Origin: Gammaproteobacteria bacterium
GTDB taxonomy: Bacteria; Pseudomonadota; Gammaproteobacteria; Magnimaribacterales; AG-339-G14
DNA length: 64,000 nucleotides
Assembly (NCBI GenBank): GCA_019652555.1
Contig: BPAJ01000001.1
Span: forward strand, 272,762-336,761
Direction of reading: 5' to 3'
A program made the translations under genes and the position numbers. Below the pieces are notes generated by a model that saw nothing but the letters and a program-made list of their open reading frames with translations, did no database searches and was not told the origin of the DNA. The stretch's first letter is position 1; each line of letters opens with the position of its first letter. Positions 49,196 to 60,791 of this stretch are shown here, piece after piece.

Positions 49196-50279
49196 AGCCT
49201 TGAATTTCAGCTGCTTCTTCGCGAATCAATTCCGGACCGCCTAAAAGCTGACGGTTTAGACCAATTCTCTTGAACCAATAATGCAGCCCTAAAAGATCGG
49301 TGAAGCCCATACCACCATGCACTTCGGTAGCTTTTTTGGAAACCATTTTTGCAACTTCAGAAATATGCGATTTTGCCTGACAGGCTTGCAGACGAGCTTC
49401 ATCCGGCTCGTGATCGAAAGAGTGCGCTGCCTGCCACAACATGGCATAACAAGGTTCCAAATCCGAAGCCATCTCAGCACACATATGTTTTACTGCTTGA
49501 AACGAGCCAATTACTCGATTGAACTGTTTACGTTCTTTCGCATAAGAAACTGCTTTTTCGATCATACTTTCTGAGGCTCCTAAACTGTCGGCAGCAAAAA
49601 TGATACGACCAGCGTCTAAAACTTTTTTTGCAATTTCAGGATTGCTTTCCGAGCCTGGAAGAATTTCAGCGGCAACATTTTTTAGATTCAACTCCAAATA
49701 AGATCTGGTTTTGTCTACCGAAGTCAATTTGGTAATTTCAATTCCTTTATCTTTAGCGTCAACCAAAAATAAGACACCCCCTTTATTGGCGAGTAAAAAA
49801 TAATCCGCTTCATCACCATCAATAACAAACAATGCTTTGCCGTTTGCTTTACCACCAGACAAATCTATTCCTGCATCTTCTCGAGCTGCCACGTATTCAC
49901 TTAAACCCACTCCAAATTTAGTTTCATTAGAGACGATTTGTGGCAAGTATTTAGCTTTTTGCTCATCTGAACCTGCTAAGTTGATGGCAATTGGCGCCAT
50001 GACATAAGCACCTGCAAAGGGAATCGGTCCTACTCCAGAGCCTAAGCCTTGGGCAACTGCTACGGCAGATAATAAATCTGCTCCTAAACCGCCATGTTCC
50101 TCAGGAACCAAAAGTGCATTGATGCCTAAGTTGATGAGACCGCTGTAGATTTCTTTTGCCAAAGCTTCGTCTTCACCGTTGGCGATTTTCCTTATTTCAT
50201 CGACCGTAACGTTATCAGCCAAAAACTTTTTAACGTAATCTTGAAATTGTTCTTGTTCTTCCGATAAGCCAAAAAACAT
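49185..50279 (-). CDS. acyl-CoA dehydrogenase family protein (shorter partner of a coupled pair)
   Basis: ACAD C-terminal helices (SFQAVKHMCAEM, HGGMGFT). Its ATG shares one nucleotide with the TAA of the upstream ACAD. Confidence 0.8.
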   Translation of the reverse strand: MFFGLSEEQEQFQDYVKKFLADNVTVDEIRKIANGEDEALAKEIYSGLINLGINALLVPEEHGGLGADLLSAVAVAQGLGSGVGPIPFAGAYVMAPIAINLAGSDEQKAKYLPQIVSNETKFGVGLSEYVAAREDAGIDLSGGKANGKALFVIDGDEADYFLLANKGGVLFLVDAKDKGIEITKLTSVDKTRSYLELNLKNVAAEILPGSESNPEIAKKVLDAGRIIFAADSLGASESMIEKAVSYAKERKQFNRVIGSFQAVKHMCAEMASDLEPCYAMLWQAAHSFDHEPDEARLQACQAKSHISEVAKMVSKKATEVHGGMGFTDLLGLHYWFKRIGLNRQLLGGPELIREEAAEIQGFNQ

Positions 50280-51520
50280 TATGAGGCCTCTGTGACTTTG
50301 GGTTCTTTTGGCATTCCCAAACCACGTTCGGAAATGATGTTTTTTTGGATTTGATTGGTCCCTCCACCAATGATGAGACCAAGAAAATACATGTAAGTAA
50401 ATTGGAAAGAACCGTCTTCTTTTAAATAAGGACTGTCTTCGTACAAAGTACCGATTTCTCCAAGCACATCGATAGCAAGACCTTCAAGTTCGTGACGCAA
50501 CTCGGTTCCGACTAATTTTTGAATCATTCCGCCTAGTTTGACGTTTTGCCCTGGGTTGATTTTCGAAGAAAGCAATCTCAAGGAGTGCGCTTGACTGGCC
50601 ATGACTTTGCCTTGAACTTGCATCAAGCGATCGCGATAAGAAGGAATATCTATTAAGCGTCTCCCATCAATGGTTTGTTCTTTCATCATGTTGATTAAAG
50701 TATTCAATCTATTCATTGTGGCATTTGGATCGGCCAAAGAACCACGTTCGTGACCTAAAACCGAATTGGCGACTGACCAACCTTCACCACGTTTGGCTAC
50801 GATATTCTCCTCAGGAACCGTGACGTCATCAAAAAACACTTCATTGAAGCCAGCTTTTAAGGTCATATCTACTAAAGGTCTGATTTCAATACCTGGTGTA
50901 TCCATTGGAATTAAAATGAAACTGATACCGGAATGCTTAGGCGCTTGCGGCTCGGTTCTGACCAAACAAAACATCATTTGAGAGTACTGTGCCGTACTGG
51001 TCCAAATCTTTTGCCCATTGATGACCCAATTGCCATCAATGAGTTCGCCTTTGGTTTGCAGGCTAGCTAAATCACTTCCGGCATTGGGCTCTGAATAACC
51101 CTGACACCAAATCATCTCACCATGCAAAGTAGGGCGAATGTATTTTTGTTTCTGCTCTTCGCTACCCCATTCAAGTAAGGTTGGCACCAACATATCAATT
51201 CCCTGACCGCCCATACCGCCTGGCACTTTGGCTTTGGAAAATTCAGTCGCAATGATTCGACTTTTGATGATATCGGTTTCACCACCATAACCACCGTATT
51301 CTTTAGGGATGGCTCTTGCGATATAGCCTTTTTCAATTAAAATTTGCTGCCACTCAGAACGAGTGACCTCTTTTTTTGACTTTTTAGTTGTTGAAGAACC
51401 ACTTAGAGTATCAGCAACAACGTTGCTATCACTTTTGAAAGACACTCCTTGATATTCCTTACAAAAAGCTTGTACCTCCTTACGGAAATCTTCGTATTCT
51501 GCACCATAGTTTAAATCCAT
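50279..51520 (-). CDS. acyl-CoA dehydrogenase family protein (longer partner)
   Basis: The ACAD N, middle and C domains are all recognisable (WCQGYSEPNAGSD, GGGTNQIQKNIISERGLG). Confidence 0.85.
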   Translation of the reverse strand: MDLNYGAEYEDFRKEVQAFCKEYQGVSFKSDSNVVADTLSGSSTTKKSKKEVTRSEWQQILIEKGYIARAIPKEYGGYGGETDIIKSRIIATEFSKAKVPGGMGGQGIDMLVPTLLEWGSEEQKQKYIRPTLHGEMIWCQGYSEPNAGSDLASLQTKGELIDGNWVINGQKIWTSTAQYSQMMFCLVRTEPQAPKHSGISFILIPMDTPGIEIRPLVDMTLKAGFNEVFFDDVTVPEENIVAKRGEGWSVANSVLGHERGSLADPNATMNRLNTLINMMKEQTIDGRRLIDIPSYRDRLMQVQGKVMASQAHSLRLLSSKINPGQNVKLGGMIQKLVGTELRHELEGLAIDVLGEIGTLYEDSPYLKEDGSFQFTYMYFLGLIIGGGTNQIQKNIISERGLGMPKEPKVTEAS

Positions 51521-51647
51521 TTGTTTCTCCTTATTTTTAATGAATGGCGTTTAAATATTCTAAGGCTAAAAAACACAAACGCCAACCAGAGAGCTAAGAA
51601 AAAGTATTGTTGGCGCTTGGTAAGCAAACTCGCTAAAATCGAAAATC

Positions 51648-52330
51648 ATGTCCCGCTGGTTTCTAATATTTCTAACTTCTCTGCTCATTGTCTTAGGAGC
51701 TCGTTATGGTACTTATTCACCTCTTCCAACAGCAGTTTTTAGCGATTGCGAAACTCCAGTTGCTGAAAACAAATTTCAAGGTCTTTGGGAATTGGATCGA
51801 ATTGATAATTATGAAGCTTTTCACGAAGCACTTGGTCAAGACTCAGGATTTTTAAGCTTTATTGGAAGTACTTGCTTATCCATTTGTACTAGAACGCAGT
51901 CAGCTTTATCGTATCGAACAATGCGGTGCTGAAATTGCGCTTATCGGTAAATTATTTGAGAACATGGCTTGTCGCTCAGGCAGAAATAGAAGAACCCAAT
52001 ATTCAAGTGGAAATGAAAGATTTTTCAACCGAGCTGAAAGAAACTCTTGAAGAGACTTTTGAAGAAGTATTAACCGATGTCAAAGAGGCTCTTTCCATTG
52101 AACCAAAACCAGAGACAAATAAAGCTTTAAAATTTTTAAGAAAGTCAGACAATTTAAATATCTCTGCTGAACTTTTTCTCTCAGAAGAGGAAATAAAAAT
52201 CTATGGCACTCTCAATGGCAAGAACTACAAAGAAAAAATTTATTACGATGCCGGTGAATTGGTAAGAGAAATTGCTTTTGTTGATTCTTCTTTGGGTTCG
52301 ACGGATTTTATTTATCGTCGTTATCCTTAA
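51648..52330 (+). pseudogene. hypothetical membrane-anchored protein, split over three frames
   Basis: ORFs 51648..51932, 51862..52050 and 51926..52330 read through as one protein (N-terminal TM, ...GLWELDRIDNYEAFHEALG..., acidic C-half) if two frameshifts are allowed. No family recognised with confidence. Confidence 0.45.
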
Positions 52331-52363
52331 CTTCCCAGTGATGGGTCTCACTTAAAATTCTTG

Positions 52364-52951
52364 CTATGACAGCATCTCTTTGCTCATCTGGAATATCAAT
52401 ACGTTTACGTTTTTTGATAATTTTTCAAAAGCTTCGCGCTCAGATAATTCACCATCAACCACTTGTTGGACTGCACCCATTGCTGCCCATTGCATGTAAT
52501 GTCTTGCAGTTCTAAATTCAAGCAAATCTTCGATATCGGTATTTTGAATTTGCTTGGCTTTGACTGCATTTAAAAAGTTATTTTCCATATTGGGCTGAGA
52601 TGTTTCTTTGAAAACTTGAATAACCATTTGCACATCTTCCAAGAGCCAATTTATAGAAGGAGAATTGACCAATAAGTTGATGCCTCTGAGCAATGCCAAA
52701 TAGATGATGTAAACGTAGTCTTTCTCGTTTTTAACTCCCAACTTGAAGTCAATCAAAGTATTTTTAACAGTCTTGTTAAGAGCTTCGTATTGAATGGCTT
52801 CCACACTATCAAAATGGTTATAAAAGGTGCCATAGCCAACATCAGCAATCTTTATGAGCTTTTTTACGCTGATTTTTTCTTTTCCTTCGGAATTGAGATA
52901 GGTGATGGCAGCATCAATTAACTTTTCTCTGGTTTTACTCATTTCTGACAC
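52364..52951 (-). CDS. TetR family transcriptional regulator
   Basis: N-terminal HTH (KTREKLIDAAITYLNSEGKEKISVKKLIKIADVGYGTFYNHF). GTG 52951 or ATG 52942 as start. Divergent from the giant gene. Confidence 0.85.
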   Translation of the reverse strand: MSEMSKTREKLIDAAITYLNSEGKEKISVKKLIKIADVGYGTFYNHFDSVEAIQYEALNKTVKNTLIDFKLGVKNEKDYVYIIYLALLRGINLLVNSPSINWLLEDVQMVIQVFKETSQPNMENNFLNAVKAKQIQNTDIEDLLEFRTARHYMQWAAMGAVQQVVDGELSEREAFEKLSKNVNVLIFQMSKEMLS

Positions 52952-52994
52952 AGTGTACAGAAAATATGACAGACATCACAGTTTTTGCTTTAAT

Positions 52995-54080
52995 ATGATG
53001 CATATGAAGATAAAAATTAAATTTTTATCTCATCAAAGTACCAAAAACATCTTTTTAAAACTTTTTGTCACCTTGGTGGGATTGTCTGCGGGACTCTTTG
53101 CCTATGCCCAAGAAGAGATAGGTGTAGCTGCTGCAGTAAACACTACGACAACCGATAACTTTTACGATCCTTCGGGGATGTTCGCTGAACGTCGCCTGGT
53201 TGAAGAGGGTTATAAGATCATCCAAAACCGAACCATCGAAACCGATGAGAAAGGTAAGGCACAAATGATTCTTATCGATGGAACAGCCTTTACCATCGGT
53301 CCCAATTCCAAAGTTATCCTAGATAAATTCGTTTACAACCCGGAGACCAACGATGGATTCCTGGAAATGCAAGCTACCGGATTATTGCGTCTGGTAGGAG
53401 GAAAAGTAACCAAGAAAAATGCCGCAATGATCAATACCAGCGTTGCAACAGTTGGTATTCGAGGAGGAATCGTCATTGTTGATTCCGATGCTGAGACAAC
53501 CTCAGCAGCTTTTGTCTATGGTCAAGAAATGGAAGTGATTCCTCTTGAAAACCAAGCAGGCAGAACGCTTTTAACAGAAGACGGATTTGTTGTAGAAGTA
53601 AACGATCCATATGACGACATCGATACACCCGAACTTTTAACCGCTGAAGCTTTAGCAAGTTATTCAGCAGAACTTGAAGGAAGTGAGGAAGAAGAGGAAG
53701 AAGAGTCGGAAAGCGAATCGGAAGAAGAATCAGAAGAAGAGGAAGAAGAATCAGAAGAAGAATCTGAAGAAGAATCTGAAGAAGAATCAGAAGAAGAATC
53801 AGAAGAGAATCAGAAGAAGAAGAGTCAGAAGAAGAATCAGAAGAAGAATCAGAAGAAGAAGAATCAGAAGAAGAATCAGAAGAAGAATCTACAGAAGAAG
53901 AATCTACAGAAGAAGAATCAACTGAAGAAGAATCCACAGAAGAAGAATCAACTGAAGAAGAATCCGAAGGTTCTGAAGAAGGCGAATCAAGTGAAGGAGA
54001 TGAATCCGGAACAGAGTCTTCTGATGAAGGGTCTCAAGAAGATTCTTCTGAAGCAGAGCAAGAACTCCACCTGCAACTGA
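52995..54080 (+). pseudogene. giant gene 1, first fragment: signal peptide, FecR-like domain, (EEES)n tract
   Basis: Signal peptide ...GLSAGLFAYA|QEE. DGTAFTIGPNSKVILDKF resembles FecR-domain proteins. After about 53806 the listed ORF reads the acidic repeat in the wrong frame (NQKKKSQKK...). Confidence 0.6.
53683..53975 (+). repeat. 12-nt tandem repeat GAAGAAGAATCA and variants (codes EEES)
   Basis: Read directly. About two dozen units with TCA/TCT/TCG/ACA variants. Confidence 0.9.
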
Positions 54081-54150
54081 AGCAGAAGAAACTGAAACTG
54101 AGCAGCCTGCAGAAGCTGATACACCTGCTAGTGAAGAAAATGATGTTTCA

Positions 54151-55131
54151 TTGGATTCTACAGAAGAAAGTCCAGCAGCAGATTCCGAACCATTAGATGT
54201 GGGTACTGAAGGAGATTCGAGTGAAGTTGATCTTAATGATGAATTTACTGAAGTTTCAGAACAAGAGGAACCGGAAATAGAAATTGACGAGAATTCCCTT
54301 CTGACTGATGCAGGAATATCAGATAACAGTTCCAATGTTGCTCCAGACCAATTGACTACTTCCGATGATATTGGAGGTGAACTTGGCGGAGATTTATTTG
54401 AAATCGAACAGGAAGAGGAGGATGCTGTCGAAGAGACTACTGATGAGGTTCAAGATACGACTTCTGAAACAGTTCAACAAGAAGCCATTGAAGAAAAAAT
54501 GGCAGCAAATGTCACTGTGAGAGCAGAATCTTTTGTTGAAAGTTCTCCTAAAAATACTTTAATTGCGACTACCGCAGTTGAAGGTCAAGGTGTTACCTAT
54601 GCGCTTGAAAACGACTTTGGTGTATTCAAAGTCAATAAAAAGGGAAAAATCAAAACCAAAGGATTTTTGGATTTTGAGACAACTCAACAATACGATTTGG
54701 TTCTCCTTGTTACAAATAAAAGAGGAGAGGTTACCAGAGTTCCATTTAGAGTAGATGTTGCTGATGTTTCAGAATTAAGCGCATCTCATACAGTTCGAAA
54801 AAACGCTTTTCATGAAGGAACTACGCAAGTTGGCTCTATCGTTGCTGATATCTTGCCTGTCGCTGATGAAACACCCACATACGAACTTACTGGAGCAGGA
54901 AGTGAATATTTTCGAATCAACAACAATGGAAAAATCAAGGTTGATCAACCATTGGACTTTTCTGCATTCCAGACAATCGAGTTACAAGTTGTGATAACCA
55001 GCGGCACAGAATCAACCACCGAAACGGTAGTTATCAATGTGCAAGAAAACTTATCACCTGATTTCACTCATACTCTTTCGAATGCAAATGGAGTTTTCTC
55101 GAAGGCGCTGCCCTTGGAACGTCTATTTTAA
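54151..55131 (+). pseudogene. giant gene 1, acidic linker end plus first cadherin-like repeats
   Basis: The frame is open from about 54066 (TPPATEAEETETEQ...). Repeats carry G.I.TKGFLDFETTQQYDL and G.IKVDQPLDFSAFQ. Confidence 0.6.
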
Positions 55132-58100
55132 ATGTAACTCGAACAGATACCGACTCAGATGATCTGGTTTATTCTTTGGAAAATGATTTCTCGGGAACGT
55201 TTGCCATTGATTCAACCACGGGTGAGGTTTCTTTGAATAACTCTTTGGATTATGAAACCACAAGCTCTTACAACCTAAAAGTCATTGCAACGGATTCAAA
55301 AGGACTTACCAAAGAAATAATCGAACCTCTCCAAGTTGGCGATGTAGTCATTAGTTTTAATGGAGATCAAACCGATCCAAATGATACTTATTCGGAAGGG
55401 TACAGCCTTAGGTCACGTTATCGTTGATTCTTTCACAAGTAATTTTAGTAATGTCACTTATTCGCTTTTGCAGGATAACGATTCCAAATTTGCTATAAAC
55501 CCTTCAACTGGACAAGTCACTTTAGCTAGCAATTTTGATTTTGAAACAAGCCAATCGCATAGTTTTACCGTTCAGGCATCCGCACCCAATGAAGCTCCAG
55601 AGACCTTAGTTTTTGATGTATTTATAGTGATGTGTCTGTGGATTTTCAAATTAGAAACACCAACAATGCTGATATTACCGATTTAGGGAATTTAGCTTTT
55701 GGGAGTTTTTACCGGTTGGCACGAAATTGCCAATGTCTCTTCAAGTGAAACAGGTGCAACTTTTGCTTTAATCGATCCAGACAATAAGTTCAACATTGAT
55801 GCCAATGGTCGAATAACTTTAGCAAATGCTTTTGATTACGAGAGCGATGCAACACATTCATTGCAAGTGGAGGTAACGGCAAATGGCGAACCGGTCTTGG
55901 TAGGGTGATTCCCATACAAGTTAACAATCAGCAAGTCTCGAGAAACGTAATTTCAGCAAATGGAATAACCCTGAAATAGGTGTTACGGATTGAATAACTT
56001 TAGAATAGGAGAATTTTCTCCTGCAGGAACAGTAGTGAGTACGGCAAACGGTACTCCAGGAATTACTTGGAGCCTTTAAACACGATGATAATCCGCTTCA
56101 AATCGATCCTAATACTGGTACCGTAACTTTAGCCAGTCCTTTAGATTTTGAATCCGATAACACTCATATATATCAAGTAGTAGCTTCCTTTGACAACGAG
56201 CCAGATAGATATACTGGATATATAACCTTTAAAGTGGATGATGAGTCTTACAACAGCGTCATACCGTATTTTAATAGCACCAGCGTTACCAACACAAACT
56301 TCGTTGGAAATCGTATGCTTCAGGCAACCAATAATTGGATGCGCCAATCTGGTACTGCAATCAGTGCCTGGATTCCAAACAACATGGGTACAAAAGACGC
56401 AGCAGGAAGAGTCATTGCTGATTTTGGTCAAGGTCTCCCAGCGGGCACGACTTATGCGCTATCTTTCCTAGATACTACAGGTTGGCAAGTTTTAACTTGT
56501 GGCACTGGTGACTCTGCTGATTCTAGGCATGGTTGCTTTGACGTTGATTCTAATGGTGTTCTTCGAGTGGCTGCAGGAAAAACTCTCGAATCAGTTAACG
56601 CCGGAGTATTTAGAGGTAAAACTTTAGGTGGTTTAAATCGGGAACAGCAGATGATAGACAAATTAGCGGGCCATTCTCCAAATGGACATTGGGTGAGAGA
56701 TAATTATGCTAATACTATCTCGGTTGCAATCACGCCACCAAATGAGCCAACCACTTATAGCTCTATTAATTTAAAGCCTGTCAGGACTGAGGCTCAAGAA
56801 AACGTGGTCATGAAATTTTCTGAAACACTGGTTAAAACAGGTACTTTTCCTGGCGATAGGCCGTTTGAGCGCGGTCAAGGCTACTATTTCAAGCGAGAGG
56901 CTTCAATGGCTACGGCTAAAGGAGAACCCGGTGCAAATTAATGCAAGCCAATACGGTCACGGAGATTCCATTACTGAATCCGTTTTGGCATCTCATCAAT
57001 TGGAAGGCAACACCAAATTAGCATCGGCAACTACTATGGTAGGTGGCGGTACGGCTTATTATGGCCAATCCAATGGCGCCAAAACTTATTACCGAACCAA
57101 CACCGTCGCCAACGGTTTGAACGAAAACGATACGAATATTTTGGATTTTGAGTATTGGTTCCCAGTGGACAATGCTCATAATGGGCATTCTGTAACGGGT
57201 ACAGCCAAGACCATAGGAATTTATGCACCTTTGGCTGTTGCAAACGCCGATTGGGATAATGAAGCACATTCCAATGAAAGAGCTAAATACGGTTGTTACA
57301 ACTCTGGCAAAGCAGGTTTATGTGGTACTGGAACGCACGAATTGTCTATTTCGGCAGCATGGTGCAAAAGCACTGAAAGTTTTCAGGTTCAGGAACATTC
57401 AAAAATGTTCCGTCTAACCAGTTAGTACCGATACTTGCTTAATGCTGACATGGATGGAGTAATCTGGTAATGGAACTTTGGCTGGTTTACAATAACATTC
57501 TGGAGACCAGCTCTGTACTTTGGGGTCGGCTAGGATTAAATCTGGGTTCCGATAGATGAATTTATCAGAATTTGAAACCGTGAACTACCAGAGTTTAATT
57601 AATTTTGGACAAGATTTTCGCACATATACGTCAATGAAAATGGTTTTTTAACTTTTGGTAATGGCGGAGCGATACGATAAACCTGGGACAACATTATTTT
57701 TCTTCAAATAACCTAGTCCTCATTTGGAGGAGGAAGGTTTTGCATTATTTAGACGATGCGGTAGCCTATGAAATCTTACTTCAACAAAAACCCAAAGATG
57801 TTTAAATAGCTATCCGCAATTTATGGACAACCTAACCGACATTTAAAGGGAAAATTTTAAAGATAATTCGATTTTTGCGCTTTGGACATTACTTCAATGA
57901 CAGCACGAAATTGTCCGTTTGGGTCGATCAATGAAACTTGGGATGCATCTACTAAAATTCTACCATCGGTTGGTACAACATGAGATCTCTAATTCCAATA
58001 AAAGGTGGAAAAGAGGCTAATTTTGAAGTGCAATTAAATTTCAATAACAACGAATTTAGAATTGTTCATGGTGATTTTGGTAAAATTTCCGATACAGATG

Positions 58101-60791
58101 AAACAACGTTTTTACCGGTTTTAAAGATGTACCTGTGCATCAAGTGGTAATATCCAGGCTTGTGAAGGTAGATTACATGCAACTTTACTGGCAAAGACTC
58201 CGATTTTGGACCTTATGAGCAAGTTGATGATCAAAAAGGTGGCTTTTCGAACTCCATACATCGACGCCCGTTTATAACAACAGCATTAACAATCTATTTT
58301 ACAATCAAACGATAGGTAAAACAATATTGTTTTAGGCGGAGAGATAATGATTTTGGTGATTCTACTTCTTGTTCTATGGTACTAAATTGGAGTCTGCAAA
58401 GGCCAGACTACTCATAAGTTTTACTCGTGTGTGCCCAATAGCAAGTAATACAAAAATGTTCTCTTACCGTTTCCCACATCAAACAATCTTATAGCTTTTG
58501 GCACTCAAGCAGAATTCATGTGGATGGAATTAAGAAAACCATCGACTACTCTGACTTATACACCACCGGAAAATAACGCTACCGGTTTTATCACAAGGCG
58601 GGGCCAATAAAAACGCAAGCGTCACTACCGGTACTTTAACAGCAGGTTCTGCAGTTTCAACTACGACCTACGCCAATGAGGTGGTAATTGCCGGAGAAGT
58701 TTATAAAGACGAACAAATGGATGCGTTTTTGAATGGTACGAAAAAGGTTCTTGCATTTGCACCGATTCCAATCATTCACACCAACAAATATAGAATGACC
58801 CAACAGCCTACTGGTGCTACCGATGTGAGATTCAAACATACTCATACCATCATGCCGCATTTCATTTCCGAGGCTTTTATGGAAGATAAAGACAACGGCA
58901 CGGATTTGCGCTTTGATTTTCACCAATTGGTTGATCAAGATTATGCCGCTTCAGGTTATCACATGGTCTATGGTACAAGCGGAAGTAATTCTTTTGCCAC
59001 GCAAAACCAGTACGCCAACAGTATGCAAGAACTTAATATGGACGGAATGTATGCTTATACCGGAGATGTTTTGGCTCAGGATGGCTCCCTTGCAACCACT
59101 CGTTTCAATAATGGCAACGCAAGCAATTACAACACTCCCATAGGTCAATCTTTGTGGCAACAAGTATTCAATCCGAATGGCAGAGGTGCTGGAATTTTTG
59201 TCCAAATGAATTGGAGTTGCGGTGACGGGGGTAGCGTACGCTGTAATCAACCCTACAATGCTAAGGACGCAGGTCCACACAAAACGCAACAAAGTTTGTT
59301 CTCGGTATTAATCGCTGAAGTCGGGAGCAAAACCTTTTTCAAGATCAAACTCAAAGTCTTCAAGAACTAGAAAGCTATGACGGTTATGCCCAAGGCCATG
59401 TCATGCGAGGCGAACATTATTGGAGTTACAAAAGACGTTCTGGTCGAACTATCACTACCGATGGTGCATATGCTACGACTGACGCTTCACCGCAACTGAG
59501 TTTTGGGCAAAACCCCATTAATTGTCATTCTGGGGTAGACAATGGTTGTTTTTTTGGTGACGGGCAAAGTCCGGATTCCGCTACGATTGGTGCACCTCAA
59601 GTAGCAGTGGTAACAACCAGTGATTCTTGTAAACACGGGCTTATTCCAGGTAACGGTTGTAATAGTTATCATAATCCAGGAGTCATGCATTCCATGGCAG
59701 AAACAACCGATTCAACCGATCCAGAGTGGAAGGTTGGTAGTTTTAACCAAGGTATCGTTTTGCAAAAACAACGGGATGCCAACAATAATTTGGTAGAAGC
59801 CATTAATTTAGAAGGCGCTACCAACAGTTGGCGAGCCGGTCAAACCACAACTTCCGATACTTGGACGGGCAGCATGATTGGTTTATTGATGACCGATGTC
59901 AACGATACTTCTAAAATGCCATTCCACGATCTTTCAACGTCAACTCTTTACAAGTATTTTTTGATGATCGCAACGATCGAGTCAAATTCCTCGGTGAAAA
60001 CATCAACATCGAAAAGACCTCGGAAATGAATGTGAGACGAATGCTTTCTTTGCCTGTTCTGCTGCTCGAGGTGTAAATCATTGGTATCACGCCGTGGGCG
60101 GACAAACAGGAAGAAGTGCTGGATTGAACTTCAATAACATCTCTAACACCAACCCTATCCAATTTGGCGATGCCGACGATACCATTGATCAACCTTACGA
60201 TTCCGGAAGATATGATTTAACTCAACCTTGGACAGAATCAGCTTATTTAAATAAAAAGTATTCGGTGCAATTTTAAAAAAGGTATTACTTTTACTGCAGG
60301 ATCCAGCTGTGAGAATGTCAACGACTGTTCCGCTGGGACAGATTCTGTCAATGTTGCAGGAGCAATTGTCACTTGGGATACCATCGAGAAAAAAGATCGC
60401 GATTTCATGTCCGATACCACAACCGAACCTTCTTTGGACTATATGAGTTGGGGTATTTGGGCAATGGCCATGCTGATATTGAACAAAGATCAGGTACTAC
60501 AAAAGAGGCTGCAGCTGTGCACATGGGTACCTGGTATGCCGGTGATCTTCTGGATGCTTCCGATTGGCCTGTTGAAAGAACAGCCAGTTTAGCAGGGATG
60601 GCAATGTTTGATTATTTGCTCGTATTGAAGAGGGTGGCGTCACCAATTCTTATCATTGGACCGAAGGGGCAGCAGCCACAGGTTCAGTACAATTTCATTC
60701 AAACGGTAGCTATGATGTTGCGATTACAGTAGACAATCTTGGCTCAGAATATTGTCCATCAAGTTATTGTGGATCAACTTTTGATCAAAAT

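Noticed and set aside
53473-54335. Track ORFs on the opposite strand or in shifted frames over the GAA-rich repeat (53473..53937 -, 53674..53925 +, 53904..54335 -). The same occurs in gene 2 (62022..62351 +, 62100..62465 -).
   Set aside because: Any frame of a GAAGAA/TTCTTC repeat lacks stops. Their Ser/Leu, Lys or Arg-rich translations are by-products of the acidic coding frame.
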